Below, one piece after another: positions 42,377 through 58,599 of a stretch of DNA of 64,000 nt. Below the pieces are notes generated by a model that searched no databases, was not told where the DNA came from, and worked only from the letters and a program-made list of their open reading frames with translations. The DNA comes from the human T2T-CHM13v2.0 reference genome, Homo sapiens. Location: the NCBI RefSeq assembly GCF_009914755.1, contig NC_060942.1; one strand, written 5' to 3'. Each line of letters begins with the position of its first letter. Position 1 is the stretch's first letter. A program made the translations under genes and the position numbers.

Positions 42377-42674
42377 GTATGCATAGTTTTCTGTGTCTCA
42401 TTTCTTTTACTAACATAATGTTTGTGACACCCATCCATACTGTTGTATGCAGATGTAGACAGTTCACCTTTCCTCTTGTATAGTATTGTAGTAGAGTGTG
42501 TAAAACACATTTATCCCTTTTGTTGCTGATGAGTATTTGAGTAATTTCTAGCTTTGGGATACTACAAATAATGCTACTTAAACAATCTACTATACTTATT
42601 TTGCTGAAACATACATTCAGTACATTTCTGTTAAGTCCATGCCTAGGAGTGGAACTCTCATGTCACAGAGTATG

Positions 42675-43174
42675 TGAATTACTTTCCTATTGCTGCTGTA
42701 ACAATTTACCCCAACTTGGTGGCCTAAAACAACACAAATGTATTATCTTACAGTTAAGGAGGTCAAAAGTCCTAAATAGATCCCACTAGGCTAAAAATCA
42801 AGGTTTCACCAAGGGTGTGCCCAGAAGCTCTAGAAGATAATCCATTTTCTTGCCTTTCACAGTTCCAGAGGCTTCCAGCATTCCTTGGCTCGTGACCCCT
42901 TCCTCCATCTTCAAAGCCAGCAATGGCTGATCAAGTCTTCTTAGGATATGTCACCCAGACACAGATTCTTCTGCTTCCCTCTTCCACATTTAAAGGAACT
43001 ATGCAATTACATGGGTCCGCCTGAATAATCCAGAATATCTCCCTTAAAGTCAGCTGATCAGCAACCTTCATTTCATTGGCAACCTTATTTCCACCTTTCC
43101 ATACAACATAATATTCACAGGCTCCAAGGAGCAGGATATCGACATCTTTGAGGGTCAAGATTCTACCTCCCATA
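42675..43174 (-). mobile_element. Solo MaLR LTR (MLT1D/E-like)
   Basis: TTTCCTATTGCTGCTGTAACAA...CTTGGTGGCCTAAAACAACAC, with 5-bp TSD GTATG on both sides. Confidence 0.8.
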
Positions 43175-44889
43175 GTATGCATATATTCTGAAAGTGTTTT
43201 TAAAACTTCTACTACAAACACTTTATATAATAATAAAACAAAATCAAGCTTCTTTCTTTCTATGTAGCAGATCTGATTTCTTGTTAGCCTTATAATTCTA
43301 ACTAGAAAAAATCTTTTTGCAGTTACTAAACATTAAAATACATTTTAAAAGTTGTAAATCTATATCTAGTTATTTTCCACTTGGTGCAACACAATACACT
43401 AGGGGCTACAGAAATATAAAATAAGTGACTTCTGGTCAAGAGGTCAACTGAGCAGATGCAGAGAAAAAAAGAAATACTAGGAAAATACAGCAAAATTATT
43501 TATATTACACAACTCAGTTCTGGATTATTAAAAAACAGAAATGTCAGAAACAAACAAAAAACAACTGAGGAACTAAATCAGATATACATATTAGGGGCTT
43601 TGCTTTTTATTCCTATCTGGGGATAGAAACTGAAGCCATAAGCTAAATGCATGGTTTGAGATAGAAATTGTCTCCATCATCCAAAAGGTTGTCCTATCTT
43701 TGATTAATGACTAATAAACCTTCACTCACTGGCTTAGACAGTATCACAGAGGTGGACCACCCCATTAAAACACTGTTGGAACAAGAATCGCTGAGAGATC
43801 AGAGATCCAAGCTTGTACTAAACATAGGTGTGGAGGTCCAATTCCCCCTACCCAGCAATGCAGAAAGCTCAAATCAATTATAACAAAACTGCCCCATAGC
43901 AATACCTCAACAACCTGGGATGCTCTCAAAATTAGTATGAAAAAAAAGTCTCACTGAAGATAAGTTCTTGGACTAAAACTAGAAAGCCCACAATGAAGCT
44001 CACCAACCTAAGTGTCATAAGAAGCAACAAACAGAAGCATGAATACCCTAGACATTTTTATAATAGAAAAAGCCTAGAGGAACTTAAAATCAAGTATGTA
44101 TAAACTCGTGAGGAAATACGTGACAAAACAAACTTGGTAAGATACGAACAATTTTTTGGTTTTAAAAAGAGCAAATGTGAAAAAGAAGTAAATACAAAAT
44201 CTGGAAATAAAATGCATAATACAGTATGAAAGCATCTGTAGGTATGTCAAATAAGTTTACTTTTTAGAAGTGAAAACTGGTATATTGGAGACAATCACCC
44301 AAAATAAAGCACAAGAAGATCAAGCGCTAAAAAGTATCAAGGAGAAGAGACATAGAGGATAAATTAAGATAACTTATATCCAACAGTAGATTTACAAGGC
44401 GAGATTAAAAAAAAAAAAAGAGGAAATATGTAAAAAGCAAGATTAAGCACAGTCCCTGACCTCCAGGAGCTCACAATCCAGCAGAAAAATCACTGGCCTA
44501 TGTTCTCAGAGCTGAAAATAGCACTCAGGACTCATGACTCCCAGGGAAAGGCTCTTCTCACCTTGACATTCTGCCTTCATATCATGTCATCAGCTTCTCA
44601 CCCTTCAGGTTTGAACTGACATAATTTGAAAGCAGGGAAATAATGCTACCCTACAAGCCCTGAGCGAGTCAGAGCTGAGGTAAGGATCTACTTTGCTGAA
44701 TCTAATTAAGACTCACTACTGAAGTTTTAACTATCCTCCTCTTGGTTAAAATAAGCCAAAGAGTTGACACGTTCTGAAGACCACTGGGCTGCTCATAGAA
44801 TACAATGCGTTAAGAAGAACCTATCGGTTTAGCCAGCCCAACATCCTCTTTCTTTGTCCAGCTACCTGATTTTTAGTTTGGGGAGTTTC

Positions 44890-45315
44890 ATGCTGAGTCA
44901 CATGGTTCCAGGGTAGGCAGGTAACTCAGAAAGGGCCCATTCAATAAAATTTACCCTCCTGGCCACAGTCATTGGTTCAGGGATGGATATGTAACCTAAC
45001 CAAAACCAAAGAGATTCAATTCTAGGATTCTTATCAGAAATACTGTGCAGAAGAACCTCTTTATCTAGGACTGTTAGATTCATAGAATGTAAGCCTAGAT
45101 CTGCAGGGGCCGCTAAGTAAAAGAAAGGTCCATTCAGACCAAAGACAATGCAGAGGAAGGTGGAACCAAGTGTTGGGAGTGACTAGCCTCTAGAGTCAGC
45201 CATGACTGGTCCAGCTCCACCCCAGTACTGCTGCTCAGTTTTGTGAGCTAATAACTTCCCTTTTCTGGTTCAGCCATTTCTGTTTTTTGCAACTAGAAGA
45301 ATCCAGACTAATAAA
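44890..45315 (+). mobile_element. ERVL LTR (LTR16-like)
   Basis: CCTGGCCACAGTCATTGGTTCAGGGATGG...TTGCAACTAGAAGAATCCAGACTAATA. Confidence 0.55.
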
Positions 45316-45755
45316 AATGTTGAAAGCTAGAAAGCAGCAGTAGCAGTAGCAGCAGCAACAGTATGAGAATAGATGCTCTGTAAATAGTTCTCCAATTTAA
45401 AACACTGAGAAAGATTTGGATTGTAATCCCAACGTTACTCTAACTCATTAACTATACCCTACTTTGTGAATGCAATTTCCATTCTGTAATGTCTTAAGAG
45501 TTCTTCCAACTACCTTAAAAGACCTCAAAAAAATATAAACAACAATTTAAAACAAAATTCTTTTTAATTAGTTAAAATGTAAAAAAAAAACATATGGCAT
45601 TTAAAATTTTAGGAAAATTAAGAGCTGCCACAAAATAAAAGTATGAAAACTTTCAAGGGTAGGAATCAATAATAATGATAATGAATGGGTTTTAGAAAAT
45701 GAAGAAGCAAAAAGAGGTAAGGCTTTGGTGCCAAAAAGAAAACAACATCTAATTG

Positions 45756-46062
<307 letters not shown>

Positions 46063-46469
46063 TTATGAATAAGATTAGCATGGAGAAGCAGGATGCAGGT
46101 GGGGTGGGAAGAGATGTACACGTATGTGTTTACATAACTGGGAGCATAGCTCCAGCCGTAAGAGAACAACCACAAACAAATCAGCAAATCAATGGAAACA
46201 AGACATCTTTTTTCTGTCATCAACTTTCAAGGTCTCTGTGTCTCTTTATGTTCCTAGTCACTCAATAATGTTACAATGATCTTCCCCGTAACCCTCAAAT
46301 ATCAAATATTAATATGCCAATAAGTGCACTGAACTCATCCTTTCTCTCCATTCTGTCTGCAAGAAGTTACATATATCTGTACTATCTGTGTTCTAGCCAG
46401 AAATATAGAACACATCATGTATGAGGTAGCCAGATATTAAGTGGCCATAAAGCATTCCAAACGATGCAA

Positions 46470-47148
46470 TATTTGATTGAGAAAGCACATTCTGTACATT
46501 TTGACACATGTGAAATCAAGACGGTCTTGCAGTGCTGCTAACCAGGTAGTGGTTCTTATGTAGTCATCACTGCCTGCCTAAGCACAGGTTTGGCTGTGTC
46601 TCTTGGCAGCTTGACAGAACATCTGCAACCTTTTGATGCTCAGGTCAACAAACGTTGACCTAAGACCATTTGAAAAAGGAACAGGAGTCCCAGTTGGTGT
46701 CAGGTAAACTATCTGATGATACCATCACATGCGGAATGCATGTCAATAGCTTGGAAGAAAAACCCAGAGACAATATTAAAACACCCTCTTAAGAAATGAT
46801 TCAACATTAACACCCCCAAGGGCACAAAGGGTGATACTCTACAGGAAAACACAGGCATCAGTGACTCTAAGTCAAAAGTGATTCAGTACTCAGACTCGGA
46901 AGGTGACAAAGTTTTTTTAAAAAAAGTCTAGTTTATTAAACTAATAATTTTCTCTTAAATATGTTCAAAAATGATAATAAAAATATGTTTAAAAAGTAAA
47001 GGGGAGTTCCTTCAAAAAGGAACATACATTCCTCATGATTAAAAACATCAAAATATAATTGTTTAATTGGCATTGTTTTTTCTTACTAGTGGTCCTTAAA
47101 ATAATGAAGCAGCTTACAGGCAATAATATAGTGGAGGAAACACAGTAA
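46470..47148 (+). mobile_element. Tigger/pogo-family DNA transposon fossil with transposase remnants
   Basis: 46623-46652 translates to LQPFDAQVNK (compare the pogo LQPLD-x-x-VN motif). About 46743-46796 translates to SIAWKKNPETILKHPLKK. Confidence 0.65.
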
Positions 47149-47406
47149 TTTTTACAGGAATGTCATACATAGCAAATCTACCTTCTAGTTTATGAAAGAT
47201 ATAGTTTGTTTGGGGGTAAGGAGATTTCTTTGTGATTCCCAAAAACATATGAGCTGATTTCCTTACCATATTGCCCATGTAATTTTAACTGTCTATTGAC
47301 AATTATGTATTTTTATCTTTGCTCTGTCAAATCTGTGTCTGGATTTAAATAAGATCATTAAATATATTTCTGAAATGTCCCCTTTATATACGTCCAAAAT
47401 CACTGA

Positions 47407-47866
<460 letters not shown>

Positions 47867-48032
47867 TAGAGATAAAAATAATATGCTATCACAGCAAACT
47901 AATTATATGGGTATTAGAGTGTCATGACTACTCTAAAATCAATTTGCAAAATAAAAATAATGCATGCTTCTTTGCTGTAATGATATGCATTAAAGATCAC
48001 CTATCAAATCTGGGTTATTCTTCCAACAGCTG

Positions 48033-48408
48033 TGATATGGTTTGGCTCTGTGTTCCCACCCAAATCTTATCTTGAATTATAATCCCCCTAATCCTCCACA
48101 TGTCAAGGGAGGGACCTGGTGGGAGGTGATTGGATCATGTGGGCAGTTTCTGCCATGCTGTTCTGATGGTGAGTGAATTCTCACAAGATCTGATGGTTTT
48201 ATAAGCATTTGACAATACCTCCTTCACACACTCCCACTCTCTTCTGCCATCTTGTGAAGAAGGTGCCTGCTTCTCCTTCCACAAGGATTTTAAGTCTCCT
48301 GAGGCCTCCCCAGCCATGTGGAATTGTGAGTCAATTAAACCTCCTTTGTTTATAAATTACCCAGTCTCAGGTAATATCTTTATAGCAGTGTGAAAACGGA
48401 CTAATACA
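48033..48408 (+). mobile_element. Solo MaLR LTR (THE1D/MSTA-like)
   Basis: TGATATGGTTTGGCTCTGTG...GGACTAATACA, with a perfect 5-bp TSD AGCTG at 48028-48032 and 48409-48413. Confidence 0.9.
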
Positions 48409-48599
48409 AGCTGTATGTAGTCACTCCTTAATTCCTTCATTCATGTATTAAATCAAATCTAGTAGTTAACGGTTCAAAAGAAAGGTCACAAGTAGTCACA
48501 GGCCAGCCCTGTGATGTCAAGTGCTTCTAAATGCTGTTTAATTTTGCAAATAAACATTCTTTGAGGGTATCTAAGTAGGATGTAATACTTTAAGGCAGA

Positions 48600-51500
48600 C
48601 TAACCAATACTTTCTTGAATGACAAAAGAGACTACATAAAATACTAAACTAATAAAGGCATTGGAGAGCTATGAAAGAAATAAGAACTAGAAAGTATAAG
48701 ATTACCTAAAAGCAAAAAAAAAAGGAGAAACTCAGAGAGATAATCTGTCAATATATGACATTTTCCTGGTTATATTTACACAGGTAAAGGACCATGGCAG
48801 AGTTTACGTGATCTTCGGAGGCCAGAGGATCGAAATTGGAGACTTGAAGACCCTCAAACACATGAAGAGTGTTACTCTAATATTTAGCAAGGTAAGCAAA
48901 AAAGCTAAGCCATAAACATTATAATGCAAAGTAGAGTTTTTCTACCAGTCACATAGTACTATGAAGACTAAAGATCAACAATGAAAACTCAACAAGGAGA
49001 AGAGGTGAACACAACAGAATTCTCAGTAAATTCGTGGAGGGGAATGCTTGAGGAATAAGGTCCAACCAGAGATAGACTGAGGCTTACAGAAACTGTAACC
49101 TAACTTCACCTCAGCTAGCTTAAGGTGATACATCCCCCAAATTCATCTGCCTTGCAGAAAAAAGGGTGAACTCTCTTGAGAGGAAAATAATATCAATTTG
49201 TAACATTTACAACCTCTATAACTTTTTATACTCAAAGCCTAGCATTCAATAAAAAATTACAGGCGTAGTAAGAGGTAAGATAATATGACTTAAAACTAGA
49301 ACAGATCCATAGGTGATTCAGATATTAGAGCTAATACCAAAGACCTTAAAATAATTATGTTCAAGAAAATTAAGGAAAATTAAATTAAATTAATGAAAGA
49401 CAGTATATTTCACCAGATATCTGGAATGTGTAAAAAGAACCAAATGGAAATTCTAGAACTGGAAAATACAATATCTGAAACTCATTGATGGATGGGTTTA
49501 ACGACAGATTGACATTGCAGTAATCTGCATAACAAGTCAGTAGAACATATCCAAACTAAACAGAGAGGAAGAATAAAAAGGAAAGAAAAGGAGCATAAAA
49601 TATATAGGGCACAATAAAAAGACATAAAATGTAATTGGGATCCCAAAAAGGAAAAAAATGAGAAAACTAATGAATCGACCTTTGAAGAGAAAAATGCCAA
49701 AAATGTTCCAAAACTGAGAAAAACACCAAACAATAGACTCTCACCAACATTCCTAGAACGGAAATGCATACAAATATCAAACAAAAGACATATAGGAATG
49801 TTCACAGTGTACTTATAATAACAAAATGTTCAGGAGAAGAATGGATAAATTATGATACAGTCATTAAACAGAATGAACAAGCAATGTATAGTAATGAGAA
49901 TAAACAAACTATAACTACATGTATCTACATCAATAAATACCATAAACATTATTTTGACTTGAAGGGATGCATACCATATAATGCTATTTATATAAAGTTC
50001 AATAACAGGCAAAACTAACCTAAAGCATGGGAAGTCAAGACAGCTATTACCTTTAGAAAATAGTATCTGTAGAAAATAGTACCTAAGAAAGGGTTTCTAA
50101 AGTACTGGGAATGTTCTGTTTTTAATATAGTTGCTGGACACATGGATGTGTTTACTTTGTGAAAACTCACTAAGCTGAACACGTATGTTCGATGAACTTT
50201 TACAGATATATGTTTAAGTTCAGCGACTAGTTTACTTAAATGAAAGAAGCTCTATAAACCCTAAGTAAGATAACTATAAAGAAATCCAAATCTAACCATA
50301 TGCTAATAAGAGTACTAATATAAACACAAAGAAAAAAATCTTAAAAGTAATATGGGATGGAGAGGAAGGAGAAGGGAATACATTACTTTCAATGAATAAC
50401 AATAAGACATAGAGCTGACTTCTAACAGGAACAATGAAAGCCATAAGACAATAGAATGGCCTTGTTAAAGTGTTTTAAAACAAACCAAAAAAACCCTAAG
50501 TACTCACCAAGAATTTTATAACAATGAATATATTATCAAAAAATAAAAATTGAAATGAAGATGTTTTTGAACAAACAAAAACTTTAACAATCCACTGACG
50601 ACAGAACCATACTAAAAGAAGAAGAAAATGGAGAAGGAGAAAGAGGAGGAGGAGGAGGAAGAGAGAAGAAAAGCGGAGGAGGAGAAGGAGGGAAAGAAGG
50701 AAAATGAATGGTGGAGAGGAGAGGAGAGAGTTCTTCAGGTAGAAGAAAAATGATCCCCAACAGAACACAGAAATGCAAAAAGAAATGAAAACAACAAAGG
50801 TAAACATGTGGGTAAACATAAATCAATGCTGATAAACAATAATATTGGGTCCTGAGTTATACTTATGTCTAGAATTAATATCCATATCAACAATAATACA
50901 AAAGATGACAAGGAAAATTAAATTGACATTTTCTAAGGAAAAAGAAGGAAACTAAGCAACAAATTGTTTCATATAATTATAAAGAAAGGATAGAGATTTC
51001 TAATCATTATAGTAAACACAAAGGCCAGTAAAAAAATAGATAAATATCAGGTCAAAAGAATGTATCAAGTAGAAGACAAAGAGTTGGTGACAAATATGAA
51101 CAAATGTCATTAATTTTATTAAATGTAAAGGAGTCAAATACTCTAATTAAAAAACCAAAATTATCAGAGTGGATGTTAGAAACCTAAACAGTAAACTTGT
51201 TTACCTACAGGACAAATGCTTTAAATATAAAGACATAAAAGACTTGAAAAATATGTTTTAACATAAAAAGACATACCATGAAAAAAACTAACTTTTTAAA
51301 AGATTGATAAAACTATACTAATACCAGAAAACCTAGACTGTAAGGCAAGAAATATTACCAAATACTTTTTAAAAGAACACCTCATAAGTATATGAGGCAA
51401 TAATCCCTTATGAAAAAATAAGAATTCTCTATTACTGTGTACTCATTAACAGAATTTCAAAACATGTAAAGCAAAAATTGACTGCTAAAGGGAGAAATGA

Positions 51501-52625
51501 ACAAACCCACAAATATATTGGAGACTTATCACTATCAATAGCTTATAAAACAACCAGATCCGCCCCTTCCGCCGACCCAAACATCATATCATTAGGGCCA
51601 CATGATGCGGTTCACAAGTTTGTCCATGTATACAACACTGCACCAACAAAGAAAATAAAAAAATGTCCTTCAAAAGCACTTGAAACATTTACCAAAATTG
51701 ACTATGTATGCTGGGTCATAAAGCAGACTTCAAAAAAGTTTAATTATAGTCACTCAAAAAATATTATCTAAACACAATGTAATCAAGCAAGAAATCAATC
51801 AGAAATATTTAACAGAAAATCCTCAACTGCTTGGAAATTGAATGCTTCTAATATCAAAATAATCAAAGAATAAATCACAATAGAAATGTGAAAATAGCTT
51901 CAACTGAATAATTCAGATATGATAAACCACAATTTGTGAGATGCAGCTAAATCTCGTGCTTAGAAAGAAAGTATAGCCTTAAATGGATTATCATCATGAG
52001 CTAGAAAAGGAACAGAAAATCAAATGCAAGCAAAGTTTTTTAAAAAGAAAATCATTTTTTATAAGAGAAAATATCAATGGAATGGAAATAAAATGCACAA
52101 TAGACAAAGCCAAAGGTTTATTCTTTAAAAAGATTAATAAAAGTGATAAACTCAAGGCAAGACAAAAAGCAAAAGAAAAGAAAATACAAACTGACAATAT
52201 CAGGCAGGGAAAGGAAGGATATGATTACAGATCATACATATATTAAAGACGTAATAAAAACATCATAAACAACTTCTCACTAATCTGAAAAATTAAATTA
52301 TAGAATAAAATTTCTTAAAAATGAAATATCAAATCAAGAAAATGTTAAAAATCTGAATTCTACTTTGTCCATAAAATAAATTGAAGCTCTTATTAAAATC
52401 TTTCTATAAAGAAATCTCCAAGCCCAGAGAGCTTCACTAGTGAATTCTTCCAAATATTTTTTTAAAAATAACACAAAGCTCACATTCTTCCAGAGAACAG
52501 AAAAGGATTAACCTTCTCAATCTATTTTATGAGGCCAAAATAACAACAGCCTAAAAACCTAAGAACATTATGAGAAAATTACAGACCAAATTTTTATGAA
52601 CATCTTTTTTAAAAATCCTTTTAAA
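48600..52625 (+). mobile_element. Ancient L1M, 5' part (ORF1 and first half of ORF2, very degraded)
   Basis: AAAGAACCAAATGGAAATTCTAGAACTG (ORF1-like) and GCTTCACTAGTGAATTCTTCCAAATATT (ORF2-like). The element continues after 60010. Confidence 0.6.
50615..50732. repeat. GA-rich low-complexity tract
   Basis: (GAA)/(GGA)/(GA) purine run. Confidence 0.85.
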
Positions 52626-55600
52626 AAGAGGGAGGGATGTAAGCAAGATGGCAGAATAGCAAATGCCAGCCCTCATACTGCCACAAAAACACCAATTTTG
52701 GCAACTATCCACAAACAAAAATAACTTTGTGAGAACCCCAGAGTCTAGCTAAGTTTCTAGCAGCTTGATAAGCAAAAAAATCTGACAGTAGATGCATTAA
52801 AAAGGGTGAAAAGCAATTTCACATTACCCACATCACTTCTCCCCCAAGGTGGCACAGCTCAGTGCCAAGAGAAGCCTCCTTGGCGCAGAATTTCTCCCAC
52901 AGGGGGAACTAAGAGCAAAGTGAGCACCCAGCTTCTCCAGCCTTGTGGCATGCTGTCTAGCAGGCCCACTTCTGTCTTGCTAACCAAGAATATTGAGGGG
53001 ATGAGTACAATAGCATCATCTGGGGACAGCTGAGAGCATGGCAAAGGGGCAGGGGCTCACTGCAACCAGTGCACAGATCACAACAGCCAGCCATGGATCC
53101 TGCTAATCAGCTAGCAAACTCCACCAAGAGACTCACTGACAAATCCCTCAAAATGACTCTCCTGTGGGCCCTTGCACCCAGTTGACCCACACCACTGGCA
53201 CATCATACTCCCACAATGGCCTGTGCCCCACACATCCCCAAGCACAGTCCCCTATAGGTCCCCACAATGATGCACATGAGCCCCCTACAGATAGCACACA
53301 CATCTCAACAGTAGGTGCAGATCTTAGCAGCCAATCCAACTCTGCTAGATTGGGATAATGTGTGCAATCTGAACACATCAGGTCACTGCACTAGGGAAAA
53401 TAAATAGGAGGCCCTCATTCCAGGCCTGGCTTTGTGGGATTGAAAAAAGGCACACAATCCTAAGACTTCTCCTGTAAGAAGGAACAAGAGCAGTAGAGTA
53501 TGGGCGTCCATTGATAAGGTCTCGAGACCTCCAGAATCTAGAGAGTCTCACTAACGAAGCTCTCACCAGTGACAAGCTCACTGGTGAAGGTCTTTCTCTC
53601 TTGAAGCCAGTCAGTAAAGGCTGGAAGAGGTGACTACTTATTCAAATGCAAAGAAACAATGCAATGCTTCTAGGAAAACAAAGAATCAAAAAAACACAAT
53701 ACCACCAAAAGAACAAAATAAAGCTCCAGAGACTGATCTTAAAAAAAATGGATACCTATGAATTGCCCAACAAAGAATTCAAAGTAATTATCTTTAATAA
53801 AACTCAGTGAGCCACAAGAGAAGAAAATGATAGAAAACTAAATTATATAAGGGAAACAATGCATATGTGAAGTTAGAATTTCAACAAAAAGATACACACC
53901 TTTAAAAAGAACCAAACATAAATTCTGGAAATGAAGAATACAACACCTGAACTCAAAAATTCAACTGAGAGCTTCAATGGCAGACTCAATCAAGCAGAAG
54001 AAAGAATCAGTGAACTCAAAGACAGGTTATTTAAAAGTAGTCAGAGGAATAAAAATAAAACAAGAATGAAAAAGAATAAAGAAAGTCTACAGGACTTATA
54101 GAACAGCATCATGTGAACAAACATAGAAATTATAGGAGTCCTAGAAGCAGCAGAGAAAGAGAAGAGGGACAAAGAGAAAGCAAAGTTATTTTAAAAATTA
54201 AGACAGAAAACTTCCCAAATCTTGGAGGGAAATGAACATTAAGATCCAGGAAGTCCAAAGAACCTCAAATGGTAGAATATAAAAATGTCTCCACCAAGAT
54301 ACATTATAATCAAATTGTCAAAAATGAAAAAAAAAGAAGTTTGAAAGTAGTAAGAGAAAAACAACTCATCACATATAAGGGAAACACCATAAGACTGTGA
54401 ATGAATTTATCAGCAGAAACCTTGCAGTTCAAGAGAGAGTGGGATGATATATTCAAAGTGCTGAAAGAAAAAAGCAGCCAACTAAAAATACAACAAAAGG
54501 TGTCCTTAAGAAATAGAGACAGAAACTCTTTCCTAGAAAAACAAAAGCTGTGGGAGTTCATCATCACTAGATTTGCCTTACAAGATATGCTAAAAGAGTT
54601 CTTCAAAGTTTAAACAAAAGGACACTAATTAGCAATGTGAAAACATATGAAAGTATAAACCTCACTGGTAAAGGTAAGCACATAATCAAATTCAGAATAC
54701 TTTAATACTATAATGAAGGTGAATAAATCACTTTTACTCTACTATAAAAGTTAAAAGGCAAAAGTATTAAAAATAACTATAGCTACAAAATTTGTTAATG
54801 GATATGCAATATAAAAAGTTGTAAAATATCCGAATGCAGTAAAGATAGATTTATTATATTAAAAAAGGAAAAAAGTTGTAAATTGTGACACCAAAAACAT
54901 AAAATTTTGTGGGGTGAAGTAAATGTATTGAGTTTTTTAATGCAATTGAACTAAAGTTGTTATCAGCTTAAAATAGACTGCTGTAACTGTAAGTGTTTTA
55001 TGTGAGCCTTATGGTAACCACAAAGAAAGCCGATGTGTTAGGTATTTAAAAGAGAAAGATAGAGGAATCAAAACATACTACCACAAAAAAAATCATCAAT
55101 GAAAGGAAATGGCAACAGAGGAAGAAAGGAACAAATAAATAAACTACAAAACAGTGAAAAAAACAATTACTGAAATATTTTTAGTAAGTCCTTGCCTATC
55201 AATAATTATTTTAAATTTCAATATAAATTCTCTAATCCAAAAACAAAGAGCAACTGAATTTTTTTTAAAAAAAGATCCAACTATGAGCTGTTTCTAAGAG
55301 ACTGACATTAGCTTTAAGAACACACTTAGGCTGAAAGTAAAAGGACAGAAAAAAAAATATTCCATGCAAATAGTAACCGAAGGAGAGCAGGAGTAGCTAT
55401 ACTTATATCAGAAAAAAAACTTCACTTTAAGTAAAAAATTGTCACAGAAGAAAACAAATGTTGTTACATATTGATAAAGGGGTCCATGCATCAAGAGGAT
55501 ATAACAATTATATATGCACCCAACATAAGAGCAAATAAACATATAAAGCAAATATTAACAGAACTGAAGGGACTGAAGGGAGAAATAGACAGCAATGCAA

Positions 55601-55832
55601 TAGTAATAGGGAACTTTGATACCTCACTTTCAACAACCCCTACTTCCTCCAGACAGAAAATCAATAAGGGAACAACGAAATTCAGCAACACTATAAACCA
55701 AATGGACCTAACAGATATATAGAGAACATTCCATCCAATAGCAGCAGAATACACATTCTTTTCAAGCATACACATAACATTCTCCAGGGTAGATAATATG
55801 TTAGGACACAAGACAAGTCTTAACAAATTTAA

Positions 55833-56158
<326 letters not shown>

Positions 56159-57551
56159 TCAAGTAACTTTTTCAGCCACAATGGTATGAAACTAAAAATC
56201 AATAACAAGAGGAAAATTGGAAAATTCACAAATATGTGTAACTTAAGCAACATGCTCCTGAATAACCAATTGGTCAAATAAGAAACCAAAAGGGAAATCA
56301 AAAATATCTTGAGACAAACAAATATGGAAACATACAACATATTAAAACTTATGGGAGGCAGCAAAAGCAGTGCTAAAAGTTTACAGCAATAAATGCCTCC
56401 ATTACAAAATAAGAATGATGTCAAATAAACAGTCCAGCTTTATACTTCAAGGAGCTAGAGGAAAAAAAAAAAAAAAAATAGGCCCAAACGGCAGAAGGAA
56501 GGAATAAAGATTAGAACAAAAATAAATAAAATAGACACTAGAAAAACAATTAAAAAGACAAATAAAACTAAGAATTGATTATGTGAGACGATCAACTTGA
56601 CAAACCTTTAGCCATACTAACAATGAAAAAAAGAGATGATTCCAATAAATAAAATCATAAATGAAATAAGAGACATTACAACAGATAGCACAGAAATACA
56701 AATTTAAGCGATCATAACACTACTATGAACAATTATTTGCCAACATATTGGATGACCTAGAAGAAATGGATAAGTTCCTAGAAATATACAATCTACCCAA
56801 ACTGAACATAAAGAAATAGAGAATCTGAACAAAGAACAAGTAATATTAAATCAGTAATTTAAAACTTCCCAATAAAGAAAGCCCAGTATCTGGTCACTTC
56901 GTTGGTAAATTCTACAAACATTTTAAGAAGAACTAACACCAATCCTTCTCAAACCCTTCCAAAAAATTGAAGAGTAGAGACAACACTTTCAAATTCATCT
57001 CATGAAGCCAGCATTACCCTGATAGCAAAGACAGACAAGGTCATTCCAATATACTAAAATTACAAGGTAATATCCCTGATGAACACATACAAAAATACTC
57101 AACAAAATACTGGCAAATTTAACAGCACATTAAGAGAATTATACACTCTCATCAAGTGGGACTTATCCCTGGTATGCAAGGATGGTTCAACATATCAAAA
57201 TCAATAAATGTCATATGCTACATTAACAGAATGAAGGATAAAAATCGTGATCATTTCAATAAATGCAGAAAAAGCATTTTTCATGATTAAAAAAAAACTC
57301 TCAACAAATTAGGTATAGAGGGAATGGACCTCAAAACAATAAAGGCCATATATGACAAGCCCACAGGTAACATCATTTATAATGGTGAAAAGTTAGGAAC
57401 AAAATAAAGATGCCCACTCTCGACATGGTACTAGAAGTCCTAGTCAGAGCACTTAGGCAAAAGAAAAACAAAAAAAGGCATCCAAGTCAGAAAGAAAGAA
57501 GTAAAATTGTCTGTCTTTGCAAGTCACATGTCTTATATATAGAAAACCATA

Positions 57552-57888
<337 letters not shown>

Positions 57889-58565
57889 AAAAACCATAAA
57901 GATTCCACCAAAAACTGTTTGAACTAATTTTAAAAATTCGGTAAATTTGCAGAATATGAAACCAACATACAAAAATGAGTTGTTGCTATACACTGACAAC
58001 AAACTATCCAATAGAATTTAAAAACAATCCCCTTAACAATAACATCAAAAAGAATAAAATTATGAGGTATAAATTTAACCAAGAGGGTGAAAAATCTACA
58101 CTGAAAGCTGTAAAACACTGATGAAAGATATTAAAGTAGACACAAATACAGAGAAACATACTCCCTTTTCACAGATTGTAAAAATTAATACTGTTAAAAT
58201 ATTCACACTACTCAAACTGATCTACATATTCAATGCATTCCTTATCAAAATTCCAATGGCATTTTTCACAGAAATAGGAAAAACTATCCTAAAATTAATA
58301 TGGAACCACAAAAGACCACTAATAGCCAAAGAGATATTGAGCAAGAAGAACAAAACTAGAGGCATCACAATTCCTATTTCAAATTACATTGCAAATCTAT
58401 AATAATCATAAAGTATGGTAGTAGCATAAAAACAGATATATAGACCAACGGAACAGAATGGAGCGCCAAGAAATAAACCTATGCATATACAGTCAACTAA
58501 TTTTTTGACAACGGCAGTGAGAATACACAATGGAGAAAGGACAGTCTCTTCAAGAAATGATGTTG

Positions 58566-58567
<2 letters not shown>

Positions 58568-58597
<30 letters not shown>
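58568..58597. repeat. (TA)n microsatellite
   Basis: Directly visible AT array. Confidence 0.95.
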
Positions 58598-58599
<2 letters not shown>

